Shown here: one piece after another, positions 36,816 to 50,834 of the stretch
Numbering within the stretch: position 1 is the stretch's first letter
How the letters are laid out: every line of letters begins with the position of its first letter
Program-made: the position numbers and the translations under genes
NCBI GenBank assembly: GCA_030704615.1
Contig: CM060733.1
Location: 62,434,001-62,498,000 of the forward strand
Source of the DNA: Takakia lepidozioides
Lineage: Eukaryota > Plantae > Bryophyta
Length of the DNA: 64,000 nt
Reading direction: 5' to 3'
Notes under the pieces: generated by a model
Seen by the model: the letters and a program-made list of their open reading frames with translations, nothing else
The model's database searches: none
What the model was told of the DNA's origin: nothing

Positions 36816-39800
36816 CTAGGAGGGCAGTAGGTGCTGAGACTTCTGCCAAACTGCATATGACCACCCTGATGTCGCCAGCTCCCAGCTCTCCCCCTGTGGT
36901 GACCAGTCTCCATCGCCTAATTTCATGCACAGTTTGCCATCTATGTGTGCGGCATAGACACTCGAGTTCGCCTCCAATATCTCGACTGGTGATCGACTGT
37001 GGATGTCTTGCCACTTCCGAATAGCTATCTGCCAACAAACCAGCAAATGCAACATTAATTTAAGGAAGATTCCATATTCATTGGAGGGGCCTGGATTCAT
37101 CCTTTCTGATGCAATGTCTGCACCACTTTCATGGGAATATGTACTATGCAATTGTCATAGAACTCTATTTATAGGAACAAAGGATGTACACTTTCCTCAA
37201 AGTAAAGTAAAGCAATCAGAAAATCTGCTTTCCATGACTTCTTGCACAGGCTAACCACTATGCTGTGAGAACAAATGAAGACAAAAAAAATGAACTGAAT
37301 GACGGAAGAGTGAGTGAGTGAGTGAGTGAGTACCAAATCCAAAATAGCATTCCTTGTGTCGTCGCCCCATTCATACATATGGTCATAGAAGACACAAGGT
37401 TGGCCCGGATGTGTGAGAATGTATGCATAGCCCTTCAAGAGGTGAATGTCCATGCCAGGAGTCAGACACCCACACACTGATAGTGGATATACTACTCCAG
37501 AAGAACTGTCATAACTTCATCCCTGCATGAACTGTTAGGGCCACTATGCTATCAAGAAGTTAAAGACTGTTTTATGCTCAGCCTCAGGCATTTTCTCAAC
37601 CTGAATCCGTCTGTGTGTGTGAATCCAAGAGAGGAAGAGGGAGAGGGATACCTGCATCACATGCTCCCTTGGAAAAGGCCAGTGGGCCTGCCATAGCCAA
37701 ACAGTTTTCATCATCAGTGATAGCTGCAGGTGGCTAGCATAATAAGGCACAACTCCTTCAACGACTGAGGCAGTTCACTTCATCAAAACCGTCCCCTGCT
37801 AGCTCTCAGTCCAGTGCAAGACCAGACTCAACATGAACTGCCCTAATATCTGGCTTAGGAGGTGGACCATTCATGTTGGCATGATCGAGTGCCTTTCAAA
37901 TGTACAACATTGTCAAGTGTAGTCATAAAATGACTCCCTTTAATTATCTTCTTAAAAGCTGCTGGAGAGAACAACTTACACTGGACAATCATTTTCAGTT
38001 TGCTTACCCCTCAACATGCATCTGGTCTGCAAGATCTCATCCTGGTACCCTGGTCAGAATGGCACCTTTTTAAACTCTATGCCACTATCCTAAGTCACTT
38101 GACAATGAGCTTGTTTGTTCAGCTCAGGCGAAATGCAATAGACTAACGTATTCGGTGTACCAGTGATTGCCTATGTGGCAAATCCAGTTGGGTTTCCTAC
38201 ACCAGGCTGGATGACAGTAGTAACAATGGCTGAAGATTGAAGAACTTCATATAGGGGAGAGCCTTGCTAATAAACAGCTTCGAAAGAGGATAGAATCAGA
38301 AGTTCATCAGTGGCACCTTCTCATGATGAAATGACGTTCGCCACTTAATTTTTGGAGTGTTTGATGTCTATATAGTTCATGCACAAGTTGAATACTAATA
38401 AAAAGGGTTATGCTCAAAGCACTTATTGGTGAACCTGGGTGGATCCTGTATCATGGTTGTCAATGAATGTGACAGATCTGGAAAGCCACATGCCCATTAC
38501 ACCTGAGGGTCGCCCTTGGGGATCACGCAGTCGCCACCACTCTTTTTTGAGCACTGCTTCCTGTCCAATAACATCCATCCTAGTGTTGAATCACCTGTGA
38601 AAGACTTTCTTCGAACCAGTAAAGCAAGGGCTCCAATTCACGCCCTCCAGCAACTACAAAGTTTTACCTTCGGAGCTTGAAATGGCCATTCACAAATACA
38701 TTTTTTCTTTTCCAAGGAGAACATATAAGCCCACACCTGAAGAATGGCCTTGGTAGTGAAATCAAATGCACCCCCTAAAGCTCCAGATCCATCAATCCAG
38801 TCAACAATTCGCTGCCTATGGCTGTCTGCATATGCCCCAACATAAATTCAAACTTCTGGCACAAGGACTTACGGTCAAAAGGAACAAAGAGCTTGCATTT
38901 CTCTTCCAATATTGTAGCAACAAATTTCTGACATAGAACCTGTACTCTTCTACGATTACATAACCTTGGGAGCAGATTGCAGGTGAACCAAAAAAGAAAA
39001 GTGACCTAACACAGTGTGAAGCCAATCATATTCAAAGAAGTGGGAAGAGTACGGATCAAACTTTTTTCTCAACCTTGGATGGGCCAGCCCAGCTTGTCCT
39101 AGATAACAAGTCTCGACGGTATGACAAGATGACTTCACAACTACATGTGTGTCTCTCACAATCCACGATTTTCTCAACCTTGGCCGGACCTGCCCAGCTT
39201 GACCTAGATGACAAGTCTTGATGGTATGACACGATGACTACACTACTACGTGTGCGTCTCTAACAATCTATGATTTTTGTGCATGAATTACTAGTGTATA
39301 AGATCCCCCATAGAGATGTAAACAAACCTTGGTTGTAATCTAGTACATAGTCAGTTCCAACATAGTTGCAACTGTCCCAGTACTCTCCGATAGAAAATCT
39401 GGGCTCCGCCGTTTCAATGTACTCTTTGACAAACCTGGCGCTGTAACTGCACATTTCACATCACAACTCATCAAATTGCACCTATAATGTCTGTTCAAAG
39501 ATATCAATCTAGACTCACATGTATGAATATAGAATATTAACTTATGGTGATAGTTTGGTCACACCTACAACACATGGAAGACATCAATAAGCCATCACCA
39601 TATTGACAGACGATAATTACAGGTTTTCCTTGCTGCACATCATAAGCTTACGTTAGTCACACCATAATGCCAGAATTTGGCCCCTTTTGACAGGAAAACT
39701 ACTGGGGGCTGGTCAAGGAAATGAGTGGAGCTGGAGGCAAACTGGAACTGGTCAGATCAAATACCAAGCAGTTACCTACCCCTTGGCAAAGTCAAATCTG

Positions 39801-42423
39801 AAGTCACTAAAACCAACATCCTTGCGAAGCCAACGCATCCAGTTTTTCAAATCATTACGCACAAACTCTTGAGTGTGATCAATGTTGGGTGCCCCCTCAA
39901 AAATCGCCCCTGTGCTTGGGTTTCCCTATCAAGGACAAGGGAGTAAAACTGGTAAGTGGTATCAATATATGAAGCAAGGTAGTTTGTTTGTTTGTTTTGT
40001 TTTGTTTTGTAGCGTTGAGATGTCCCAAACGCGGGCCCCAGCCCTGGTGCTAGGTACCGTTGGAAAGCCCTCGATGAGGAGGGGTGCACCGACTTGGTCT
40101 CATACGTTTTGGACCTGCGGTGTGGGAGATATGGAATTTCAAGTACTTTTGGTGGCTGGAAACTCGTGAAAATAGCAAAGTGGGCCTTTCCTGGAACAAT
40201 GATTGGATATATTACTACTCAATAAATTCATGGAAAAAAATAAATTGGTTTTTTCAATATATGATTGTATATACAGAAGTATTAATAAAAACTTCTAACT
40301 CTTTCACCAAATTCCAATCTCTGAATCACATTACATTGTTGCTCATTTGTTCATGTTTACAATATTCTTTAAACATTAGTTCATTCATGTATGACACATT
40401 CTTTGTAACTAAACAAACATCCAACTTCATTTTAGTTCAATTCTTCACACATGGGCCTCGACATAGGAGATGCACTTGGATACATGGGGGATTGCACTTG
40501 GACTTAGATGACACTGGACACTTGGGCCAATGGCACAGGCTACCCTAGTAATTACTATAAATCATTACGCACAAACTCTTGAGTGTGATCAATGTTGGGT
40601 GCCCCCTCAAACACATTCCAGCTTTAGTGAACTTAAATAGAAGTGTCACATACCAGCCCACCAGTATCACAGGTGACCGCATGCTCGTCCCAGGGCATGG
40701 GCATCCCGTCATACCGGTTGTACATCCCTCGAATCCCTTGGGTGCTGCCAATGCGATGGTTGATAACAATGTCTGCCATGGCCCGCAGGTCACATTTTTG
40801 CATTGTTTGCAGCAAGTTTCTTAGCTCGCTTTCACTGCCATACACTGTATTGAGGCTGTACAGATCCCGGGGAAGATACCCTGGTCACACAAGAACCTGG
40901 ATCATCAGCAAAGACCACAACAAGAACCTGAACAAGAAAATAAGCGTAAAGAAGACAACGGAGAAGAAGACGACCTTCCGGGGCGAGGGAGTCAAAGACA
41001 GGAGGGAGCCACATAGAGGTGAAGCCCCATGCAGCAACTTGGGGCACTTTGTCACGCAGCAACTGCCACCATTGATATTTATGAGACTCCCAATTAAAAG
41101 CCTATATCCACAGCCAAAAATATACCTTGAATATACGGCCATTCAAATATTCACAGCTAAAATCAATTGAGAGACCCAAGTACTAAGGAAAGCTGCACCA
41201 ATGCTGGATCATGTAGAGCAAGAAGCCCATGCTCATAAAGAGATCCCTCTTTGGAGTATCTAGTAGCTTTCAGATAAAATGCGAGGTATGTCACCATGTG
41301 GGCCTAGGGGATGAAGGCTGTCTGGCTGAAGACAAAGCTGAATACCTCTCTTCAGCTCTTCTGCACAGCAGCTAATTAGGATGATGTGTTTGCTAGAGGC
41401 ATAATGGAATGTACATTGGTTTATTGTGCTGCACTAGTTGTCAGCAGGAGGGTCACCATAAATGGCTGCAAAGTCCCAAGCAGGCAGTGACAAATAGTGC
41501 ATATTTATACATATACAAGAGGAAGATGGTGCTGACAGAGGCCCGCTTAAGTACATTTTCCTCCAATAAGGTACTGCATGCTTTGTGATGTATTGTCACT
41601 GACTTCACTTAGTTTCCCACTACTGCCAAGAGATGATTGCTGGCACCTCCTCAGAGATACCATCTACACCAGAGGACACAGGCATAAGCGAAGACATGGA
41701 GGGCATACCTGGAGAAATATCTCTCTGCCCTTTCGAATCAGATCATCATCTGCAACATGACAATGCCTAATTATAATCTCAAACATCCTGTTACAATTTC
41801 ACAAAAAAAGGCTATGCGATATAGTCCTGGATGTTGACCTTGCATAATAGCTGAGAAAAACGCAGTAACTCAAGATGACATGTTTCTCTGTCAATAGCCT
41901 AGCACCTGAATAGAGTCATCCCTGAAAGGGAAAGGTACTACAGCACAATAGAGGAAGTAGCTCTTATTTATGCTAGTGGAAGGAAGGACTTATGGGCCAA
42001 GACATGTACTGCATAGCCAGCTTGAAGTAGCCTTGCAGCCAAAACACATGCCCACCCCATAACAAGATCAGACAGAAGGCATAAGAGGTAAGAACTGCAT
42101 GTATCCTAATGGTCAAGAATGGCTGGCCATTGTGGAGTATGTCGTGTGAAAAGCCTGGCCTGGCCATGCCAGAGGTTCAACATCGTGGTGTCCTAAGAAT
42201 GCAAAAGCCCTAATCTGTGTTCGAGTCAACTTATTACATCCACTGAACCTGAGAGGGAGAGAGACACCAATCAGTTGATACAACTACACCAAAGTGTCCA
42301 ATTCTCCCTGAAAACCCAGAATAGACAACAACAATAGTGTTCCCTTGGTGAGGGATAGCATATTTGAAAAGGATTGGTCTTACTGTTTTGCTGCTGTGGC
42401 TGGTCTTCCTCCTTGCCTTCGAC
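36816..42423 (-). CDS. AMY2: Alpha-amylase, GH13, plant AMY2-like; 5' end unresolved (likely further exons upstream)
   Basis: Exons (minus): 42423-42384, 41749-41709, 41101-40975, 40880-40654, 39925-39780, 39446-39328, 38825-38737, 38560-38435, 37687-37652, 37432-37334, 37028-36816. Motifs: GREIFLQAFNWESHK, GYLPRDLYSLN, MADIVINHR, FRFDFAKG, IGEYWDS, AFDFTTK, FIDNHDTGSTQAHWPFP, YILTHPG, LATSGWSYAVWQK. Confidence 0.9.
39064..39278. repeat. Diverged tandem dimer (unit about 105 bp) in an amylase intron
   Basis: Two copies of TTTTCTCAACCTTGG...GCCCAGCTTG...ACAAGTCT...GGTATGAC...ACAATC. Confidence 0.8.
39962..40548 (+). mobile_element. Putative non-autonomous Helitron
   Basis: Begins A|TC (TCAATATATGAAGC.., then GTTT repeats) and ends CTAG|T. 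An imperfect hairpin CTTGGGCC-AAT-GGCACAGG lies a few nt before the CTAG; there is no TSD and the body is AT-rich. Confidence 0.55.
40559..40611 (-). repeat. Exact 53-bp copy of amylase exon sequence inside the preceding intron
   Basis: 40559-40611 is identical to 39849-39901 (encodes FEGAPNIDHTQEFVRND). Confidence 0.93.
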
Positions 42424-45400
42424 CTGAGATATCCATAACAGGGTACTAACTTGTTATCAAGGGTTGTGTAATTTGGAAGAAGTCAAACAGCGGATTGACT
42501 CCATCTTCCACCAGACTGTAACACATAGCAAGAAGAACTACCTCCTGGGGTACAAGGGATGAAAGTTCTTGATAGGGAGATGTATTACAATTATCATGGT
42601 TGGTCCAATCATTAAGGCGTGGTTAAAGTCAGTGGCCCTGCTGGGGATACACTACATAACGAGCAAAAAGCTGGGACATACAATTACACTGCGATAAAAA
42701 TTCTATCCCTCCATCCTGGAAGCAAAGGCATCCAAGCATTTTGTACCTGTGTATCATTAAAGCTTTCAGTTGGCAACGAACTTGACTGAACATTAGATGC
42801 CTGTTCAGCCAAACCAATTCAACCATCAAACTCACAGAACAGACACAAAAACTTGCGGAGCGTGTCATTCACAGAGGACTAAGGAAAACAATCAGAAAGA
42901 ACCCAAACAAAGTGGTAAGAATGGCCTCATGTGGGGATCCGACATATAGGGTTTTCTCTGGCCTCCAAAAGTGGCAAAATTCAGCATTTTGGTAGGAATA
43001 CCTGTGGCCCCTCTCCAGAAAGGCCACTCTGTTCTGACGGAGCATTTTCATGATCCGAGCCATGGTCTCTACTTTCTCCAGACCCATCGACCTGTACCCG
43101 TAAGTCAGCCAAACACTTTTTAAGTAGGTCTTTCTAGCCCCCATCCCCCATTTTTCTTTTACTGAACAACACCATACAAAAGAAGAGTGACACTGTGTGT
43201 ATTTATGTGCTATGCCACCCTCTGTTGTCGTGGGAGCCCTCCTCCACAGGAGCTAGAACGAGATGCTGGGCACCTTCAATATATTTCGGGTTTGACTGGG
43301 TAGTACTGATCCCCAATTGCTAAAATACTTTGCTACCAGCAGAGAGAGTCTTCCTGAAGGTCATGCGGACTGTGACTACCCATTTACTAGAGACCCCCTT
43401 GCAGCTGGATTCAGCACATAATGCAACTTCTATTACAGAACCTGGAATCAATCATTTGAGGCCAGTGTCCTATTCGCTAGCCTATCTGCTGCAAGGTGCC
43501 ATCTATGAAAACCGAGTAATCCTTGAAGACACCTGTTTTCACTCCGCAGGAATGGTAATTACTTAAAACGTGCGTGGTCGACAGTATTGGGTCAAAGGTG
43601 ACACCCCAAGTACTAGGTTGGGTAGTAGGATGTGAAGTCGGGGCACAGAAGCCAGCATGACACCCATGGAAAAAATGGGTATAGGTTATTCACACGGCCT
43701 ACTGCTTTAAAGAGCTGCACCAACATGGTCGAGTCTTACCACATCCTCCCCATCATGAACTGACTCGCCTCTGATCTCTGAAGTTGTGTCATTAGACAGG
43801 CGACCATCCCCATATGACTGTTTTTGACCTACAAGATCCCACTCATTCCAATTGCCTTCATGCTTCTCGCAATTTCTAAGTAACCTTCTTTCCTCGAAAC
43901 AAATTATAGGACATAACCGCAAAGCAACTTAGCACACTGCATGCATGGCACCCCATATATATGTTCCAGCAACAGATTTATCCTCATCTTGAACTTCAAG
44001 CCAGCGACGTTAGAAGTCTTACATTTTAGCAAAAACGACAAAGACCAGATGGAAGGCTCACCCAAATTCCACCAGCTTGTGAGAGCAGAGCTGACCATCC
44101 ACATGCCTAAGGCCATGAGGTGTGCAAAAGACGCTCCTCCATGTGGTCTGAGCTCACTTGCTGAAGCTGCCATTTCAACCATCAGTAAAAGCAGAACTAA
44201 TCACACACTCACACACACACTGTCTTGCTCTCTGTGAACAAGACTTACACTTCAGATAGAAAAGGCTGTCCTACACAATTTGTATTTGACACCAGCCAAA
44301 GACAGCTGCAGGAAGCTTGTCAGAGGATAATATTGTCTGTGACAGAGTAATCCTTGCTCCACCCAAAGATGGCAAACAACTCGAAAGGGATACTTCCTCC
44401 CAGGTCCAAGCACACAAGGCTTAGGCATCTGCTGTAATGACAAAACATATTTGCTCAAAATCTTTTTCTGGTCTTTAGATTTTGTTCCATGTTTTCTGAA
44501 CTGGTTTCTTCTTGTACAACTTTGTCCCATGGGCCATCAGGGCCCCTTGTGGATGTTGTGAAGCTTCTGCTGGTTCTTTCTGCTTTATGTCCCCTACGTC
44601 CTCTGGGCCTCCTGTCCACAACATAAATTTCTTTTTATCTATCTCTTTCTCTCTTTTGAGAGCACCTTTTCGAATGACTAATAATCTCAAACAGAGGGAT
44701 ATTTTCTTTTTTGGCACAATGCTGGTGTTATGCAGAATAGAAATAACTCTTTAAGCAAAACATAATTAGCAAAAGAGGATCCTGTCTGTCCTGTGAAGAG
44801 AGGAGAGTAGCAACTTTTGTCAAAAAACAGTGGAAGTCCAATACATTGCTGCTGGACCATATCCTAGACATGTAATTCACTGACTGCAAATCAAAAATAA
44901 ATTTTAGGTTGTATTAGCGTTTATATGGTAAGCAAATTTGGTACTGATTCAATGACAAACTTCTTATGAGATCCCAAACCTATGTTTGTTTACAAGTTTG
45001 ACGATGCTGAGGTCTAGACATTTTAAGAGTCCTGTGTTTCTAATATAGAGTCTATAGACACTGATTCCCATCCAATTCTTGATGTAGATACAAAGTTTTA
45101 GTACGCCTATCTCATGACAGTCATCAAACTCTTGGAGGAACCAAGGTGGGAAGAAAGGTGATTAAGGAGAGCTTACATCCATTTGCAGCTACCAATAGGT
45201 GAAGTGTTGCAATTGAGCGCTGCCAGCAGGCAATTCCCTTCACCATACTTATGCCACATGTGGTCACCCAGACCAACGCCTCCAAGTCCTGTTTGCGGAT
45301 AGACTGTACGTAGAGAAGCAAGGTCGCCCTCCAATCGGTTGTCGCACCGTGAGAGCACCACAGTTGCACTAAGCACAGGCATTCGAAATGAGCCACTTGC

Positions 45401-47619
45401 ATGCCTTTGCACAGAACCTATGTCAGCACACTTGGCTCAATCCCCCACTTTAAAATTGGGTAAAGTGAGCACTCTCCATTCCCCTAAATGAGTACCCAAA
45501 AGTTGGACCATTGGCTTCCTACACTCTTTGTTGGGCCCAAAGTCCTTCCTTGGGCGAAGTCTTCGCTTTCGCTTGGGTCTACAAGTACCTTAAGGCTAAA
45601 AGTAGCTTGGACCTTGAGATAGAAGTAGATGATGACTATAAGTGGTACTGGCAAATCGGCTGGTAGCTCAGCTGGTAAGTGCACAGAATTACCCCTAGTG
45701 GTTCGGGGTTCAAACCCACTGCCCTACCCGTGTGTGGGATTGTTCGTGTCGGTATGTCTGGGCGTTCATTGTCTTGTAGGTCTCCATGGCCCATAAATGA
45801 AAGGGGTTTAATTTTCCCCCCTCCTCAAGGGCCTGAATAGTTGTTACGCTTTGGGCCATTAACATGATTAGTCTTGGCTTGAGCCTTTTGGCATTAAGGA
45901 AATTAAATTTATGTAAATATCTCGGCATGGCCTCGTGTACCTTCACTTTATTTATAGTGGCATACGAATTCGCTTACCAGGGGATTAGGAGGGAAACATC
46001 CCACAAATATATTTCAAGTTTTGAACATTATGATGTCATATGTGTTATCACACCTCTGGAGGGTGCATTCCTCATGATTTATGGATGCGAAATCACGAAC
46101 AGAAAAAAAAAAAAAAAAAAAAAAAAAAACTCGAGGCACAATCCTTTGATATCTCACCAGATCCTCACTGGCATTATAAGAAGTCGTACTTGAATGAGTG
46201 CATAAGCTGACACTCATTCCCATTGAAACCCAAGAAATGTCCAGTATGCAGTCTTACTGATCCATGAGGATCTCCTTGTCAAAATCTTTATGACTGCTTC
46301 ATACAGAAGGTATTAAAACCAAACTCTCTTCCTCCAATGGTAAGCAAGAGGTGAAATGTTCAGCTGCCTCAAATCAGCATTGCGTCCTCAAAATTATGAA
46401 CGCATTATCCGTTTACGATCTCTCAGTCAAGCATGGTGAAACAAAATAAGAACTAGTGGTTTGGAATATTTATGTGCTCCGCATCTTGCGGTGAGGAGGA
46501 TGGGGACTTAGCCGCTGGCTGAGCCCTCCTCACCTTGCAATGGATGCCTCCCTTCTCTCTACTTGTTTCCCCTCTATCCTTCTCCTCTTCTTCATTCGGG
46601 TTCATCTTTGGCCCTTTCTTCTCCCCTCTTCATTCTTTATCCATCGATACAAATCTTCCCGTTTCTTTCTTGATCTCATGATAGTTGATCATCACTGCAC
46701 ATGTGACAAGTTTTGGCGTGTCTCTATCTTTAGACCTTGACCTTACATTTCTCGATTTCTGTGGCCATTTACTCCCAGCTGCTTTTGGCTTCATGGGCTG
46801 ACAAACCACTTGTGCATTTAGCTTCCCCAGAGCCTCCTATTGATGGGCCGACGCTCTTCTCAGACAACCCCTCCTCCTCATACACCTCTCTCCCATTTCC
46901 GAAACTTCATACCTTTGCTCCACTTCATCTTACGACTTCCGTCCTTCCCCTCATAATGCTTCAATGGATTCCTTTGTCTCCAAGGCCACCACGGCTCCTT
47001 GGCAGTATTTTGGCTTCGTTTCTGAAGGTCACGACTTCTGTGGAAAATGTGGTTTGTGCACATTCCCCCCGGTGATTTTTTTTGTCCTCCCTTGAGTGTT
47101 TGTTGAGTTTGAAGTTTACTGCTATGGTACGTTTTGCTCAGGTGCAGGGAGAAGCTGGACATGACTTCCGCGTGAGCGTGAGCGTGAGAGCGTACGCTCA
47201 CGCGATGGTGACGTGGCGTGAGCGCAGGCTCACACCAGCTGATGTGGCGTGAGCGTGAGGCTGATGTGGCAAGGTCCTGCTGACATGTCGTTATCCTGCT
47301 GACGTGGCAGTCATCTGAATGACGTGGCATTTGGACAACTTACCAGATGCCATGTCATTAGAAACATATAGCACCTATAGCCGAGGGGCCTATAGCCGTG
47401 GCATTCATTCATCCAAAACACCAAAAATTAAAATGCAGGTGTGACTTGTGAAAGCATTTGCATCCATTCCATTTATTTTCGAACGACTACACACAAGAAA
47501 GAAATGGCACACATTACACAACATAATTGGAGGCTGCACTGGCACCAAATATACGAAGGGACATCAAGTTCAAGTTTCAATTCTTGTGAAATCAAAACTT
47601 GGTGAAGTAGGAAATTTGC

Positions 47620-49680
47620 AGAAAATGGACCAAAGTTGAAGAATTTTTGTATGTGCTCCCTATCTCCCCGCCCTTCATAAGTGTATTCACCTCGTTGAAA
47701 CTCATGGTGGCCTGGTGAATGAAAGATGTCGCGTCTGGGATCACAAACCATTCTGTTCAAGAAGATAAATTACAAATTCTTTGCAGGGTAATAATTTTTC
47801 CCTGGCCTTTCCCCAAACTTGTTTGTAAGCATGCAACAAAATCAGGATGCAGTTGGGAAATTTGAAACTATGATGTCGTACAAATCCGGTCATGTAATAG
47901 TGGGATGTGGAGGTCATCATAAGTGTAGATTCGTCCATACCCCGGATGTGGAACTGCCGTATGGTGCCTGTTAAACACGTACCCTTGAAGCATTCGAGCC
48001 GGATTCCACCTTGCCGAAGTGGTTCCAGTCGGAGGGAAACGACGAACCAGCTTTTTCCATTTTATTTTGTTGGCCATGCATCATCCCAGCGTTGGGTGGT
48101 GGCACTCGAGAACTTGCTAAAGTAGCAAGCCACCTGCATGTATAGAGGGGCCTCACTGAAGAAGAAGCCTGCCTCCTCCAACATGTGCAATCTCCTGAGT
48201 TGTGAGATGTGTCCCCACCTTCCACAGGCCAAATGCTTAGTGGAAGAGGCTTTCAATGACCAACCGATGGTCGCAGAGTCCACGACGTTACCTAACTCAC
48301 AGTCGTCAAAGGCAGAACAGAAATTAGTGGTTTCTTTGCCTTTTATTTGCCCGTAAGGCTGGAACACAAACCAGTGAAGGTTGGCGCCGGAGTGCGGACC
48401 TTGCCTCTGGAATTATGGAGGACGTGCACTTCTCACGATGTGGCCTCTGATTGTAAGGCACTTCATCGAAAAACCCGCACTGGTGCGTTCTATGTACCAA
48501 ACTTCGTCAGGGGCCACATGGACTCCACCACCATTGGGGAGGACGTTCGACCTTCCGGCACCCCATTGCATTGACAGTGGAGATGCTTGAGTCTTGCTTT
48601 GTAAGAAAGGTTCCTCCGCACTGGACATTACGAAAACAAATCTCTGATGCAATGGAACACGGCGGAGTGGAGAAGTTGTTTCTGTCCGGCTGTGCGAGTT
48701 CCGCATTCCGAACCAGGGAGGGGGTGGTTTTCAATTTCCCTTATTTCCGTTTACAAGAGCCAAATTCTCTCCCGCCCTGCCCCCGATGGTGGAACTCTGG
48801 ACACCAGAGGAGCTCCCTCCGCACACATGCTGACAACCCTGGCTATCTTGGTTGGATCCCCCGATCTTCTTATAGCTTGCAACATCAACTCAGACTTGTC
48901 GAGACCATTGCCACCAACAGCCACCCCCACCCCGCAAGAACTCCAGTATCTCGTTTTGTTGCTATAGAGCTCGTATTTGATCAACTTTCCGTCGATATCG
49001 TAAACCCTCTCTTTCGAGGAAGACAGTGCCAATATGGTACTCGAAACGAATTGCTAGGAGCTGCTCCTCCCCAATTGCAAAACCATTGTCATCGGCATCC
49101 TTCAAGAAATGGACAGGTTTTCCAACAGAGTAAAACTCCGCTTCAGAGTAACCCTGCACGAGAAATTTTTGAGCCCCTGGAAGCCTCAAAGTGCATAGTC
49201 CCATGATTTTTGTGTGGATTCTTGTTACAAACGATAGTGGGGATTACATTTCTATGCTGTTAGAGTTCGCATTGATACTAACGAGGCCCATCATGTCTTC
49301 GTCTTTTATGTCTCAAACCGTTAATATGGAAGGTTGAGCCTAAACCCAGATATTGAAAAAAGCTGACATACTACCCGTAAAAAAGAGTCTTTCCAAAACA
49401 GTTGTTAAGCAGTTATGTTGCCTGTACCGACCCAAGTGAGAAGATGGCGGAGACGAAAGTAATGGAATCCATGTCATCCCAACTTGTTGAGACACGTGGA
49501 ACCCGACAATACAATATTGAGTGCAGGTTACAGAAAATTTCGGCGGAGAACCAATGATGCGTGCATATTGTGCCACATATAAAGATTTTCGAACGGAAAA
49601 ACTGGTAAAAGCTAGCCAATAACCTCCTAACTCATCCATCCAATCGAATCTATCACCAAGCAATAGTACTAGTACTACTA
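47620..49680 (-). pseudogene. Degenerate transposase-like gene with C-terminal SWIM-like zinc finger
   Basis: Frameshifted segments: LQAIRRSGDP, PDRNNFSTP, WYIERT..MKC, IWPV..LEEAGF, VPHPGYG, and FPNC...LPCKEFVIYLL (SWIM-like CxC..CxH, eroded). The position inside a TIR element with a 9-bp TSD fits a MULE transposase. A DDE triad could not be identified. Confidence 0.5.
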
Positions 49681-50834
49681 ATGGCCATACCGAACTAGTT
49701 CAAGACGGCGGCCACTGCCGAAGGACAAATGTGCCTTGCGAGGTGACACGTATGCCATGAACACATGCATAACGAATCGAGGCCCCGGGTGGTACTAATC
49801 GCACGACGTCTCGTAGCCCAGTAGTTGTTCGTGATTCTCAAGCTGGAGAGTAGCATGAGATTGAGGGTCCCGCAAGAGAAGATAGTCTTCTTTTTTCACT
49901 TCACACAGCGAGAGACAAGAAGAAGGCGAGAGAGAGAATGAGCAAGCTCAACATGAACGCTGAAGGAGATAACATAGGAAAACGCGGCCCCTGGAAACAG
50001 AGCACATGGCGGGAGGAAGACAGCCCGCGCGGAGCTGGTGAACGAGGGTGTCAGCATTCTGTGTTAGCATTGTCGGATCTGTATAAAGGGCCTCATAGAA
50101 GTGTAGACGACAGAGAAAAACAGGGTGCTCCTTCAATTCAGACATGTCCTTTCCCTTTTTCGGCTGGACCTTTCATTCTGCACATATCGTCCACAATTTT
50201 CCTGAACGCAGAGACCGAAGGATGAGAGAAGGGCAATGCGAGCATCCATCCCCAAAGAATTGTGTGTTCTTACACTGTCACAACACAGCCCTGCACTTCT
50301 CCTCACTGTATTATCAAGGGAGGTGAATGAAGGGGAGAAGAGAACCCCCTCAAAAATTGAGTGCGTTGACGCACGCACTTTCCTGAGGGTTTTCTCTCAA
50401 TGCCCTTCTCTCATCCTTCGGTCTCTGTTTTCTACCTAATCTATGAAGAAAGGTCCAGGAAGTCTGAGCAGCCGAGAGACGTCTTTCAAACTTCAAAAAT
50501 TGAATGCGTTTACGGAGCTCTTTTTATGAGTAAAGAAATTGGGTAGTTGATGCACTCATTTCTAGGCAGGTAAAGGAGGGAGAACCCAATATATAATATA
50601 TATATATATATATAATATTATTTAATTTATTTCCACTTGTGGCCCTCCGCCCTCCCAAAATTGACGTGCGTTTGACGCACACATGTTTCAGAGGGCCACA
50701 ACGCAGCTGTGGTTCGTCCCCCTTGAATCATGCTTCTGGTTTTTGGAGGGTAGTTCATGTTTGCTGCCTGTCTCGACACGCTTATTTCCATTGGGCAAAT
50801 CAAAACCCTTCACAACTGAGTGCGTTGACGCGCT

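Noticed and set aside
45465-46130. Possible TE fragment near a poly-A run
   Set aside because: No diagnostic motif, termini or TSD found.
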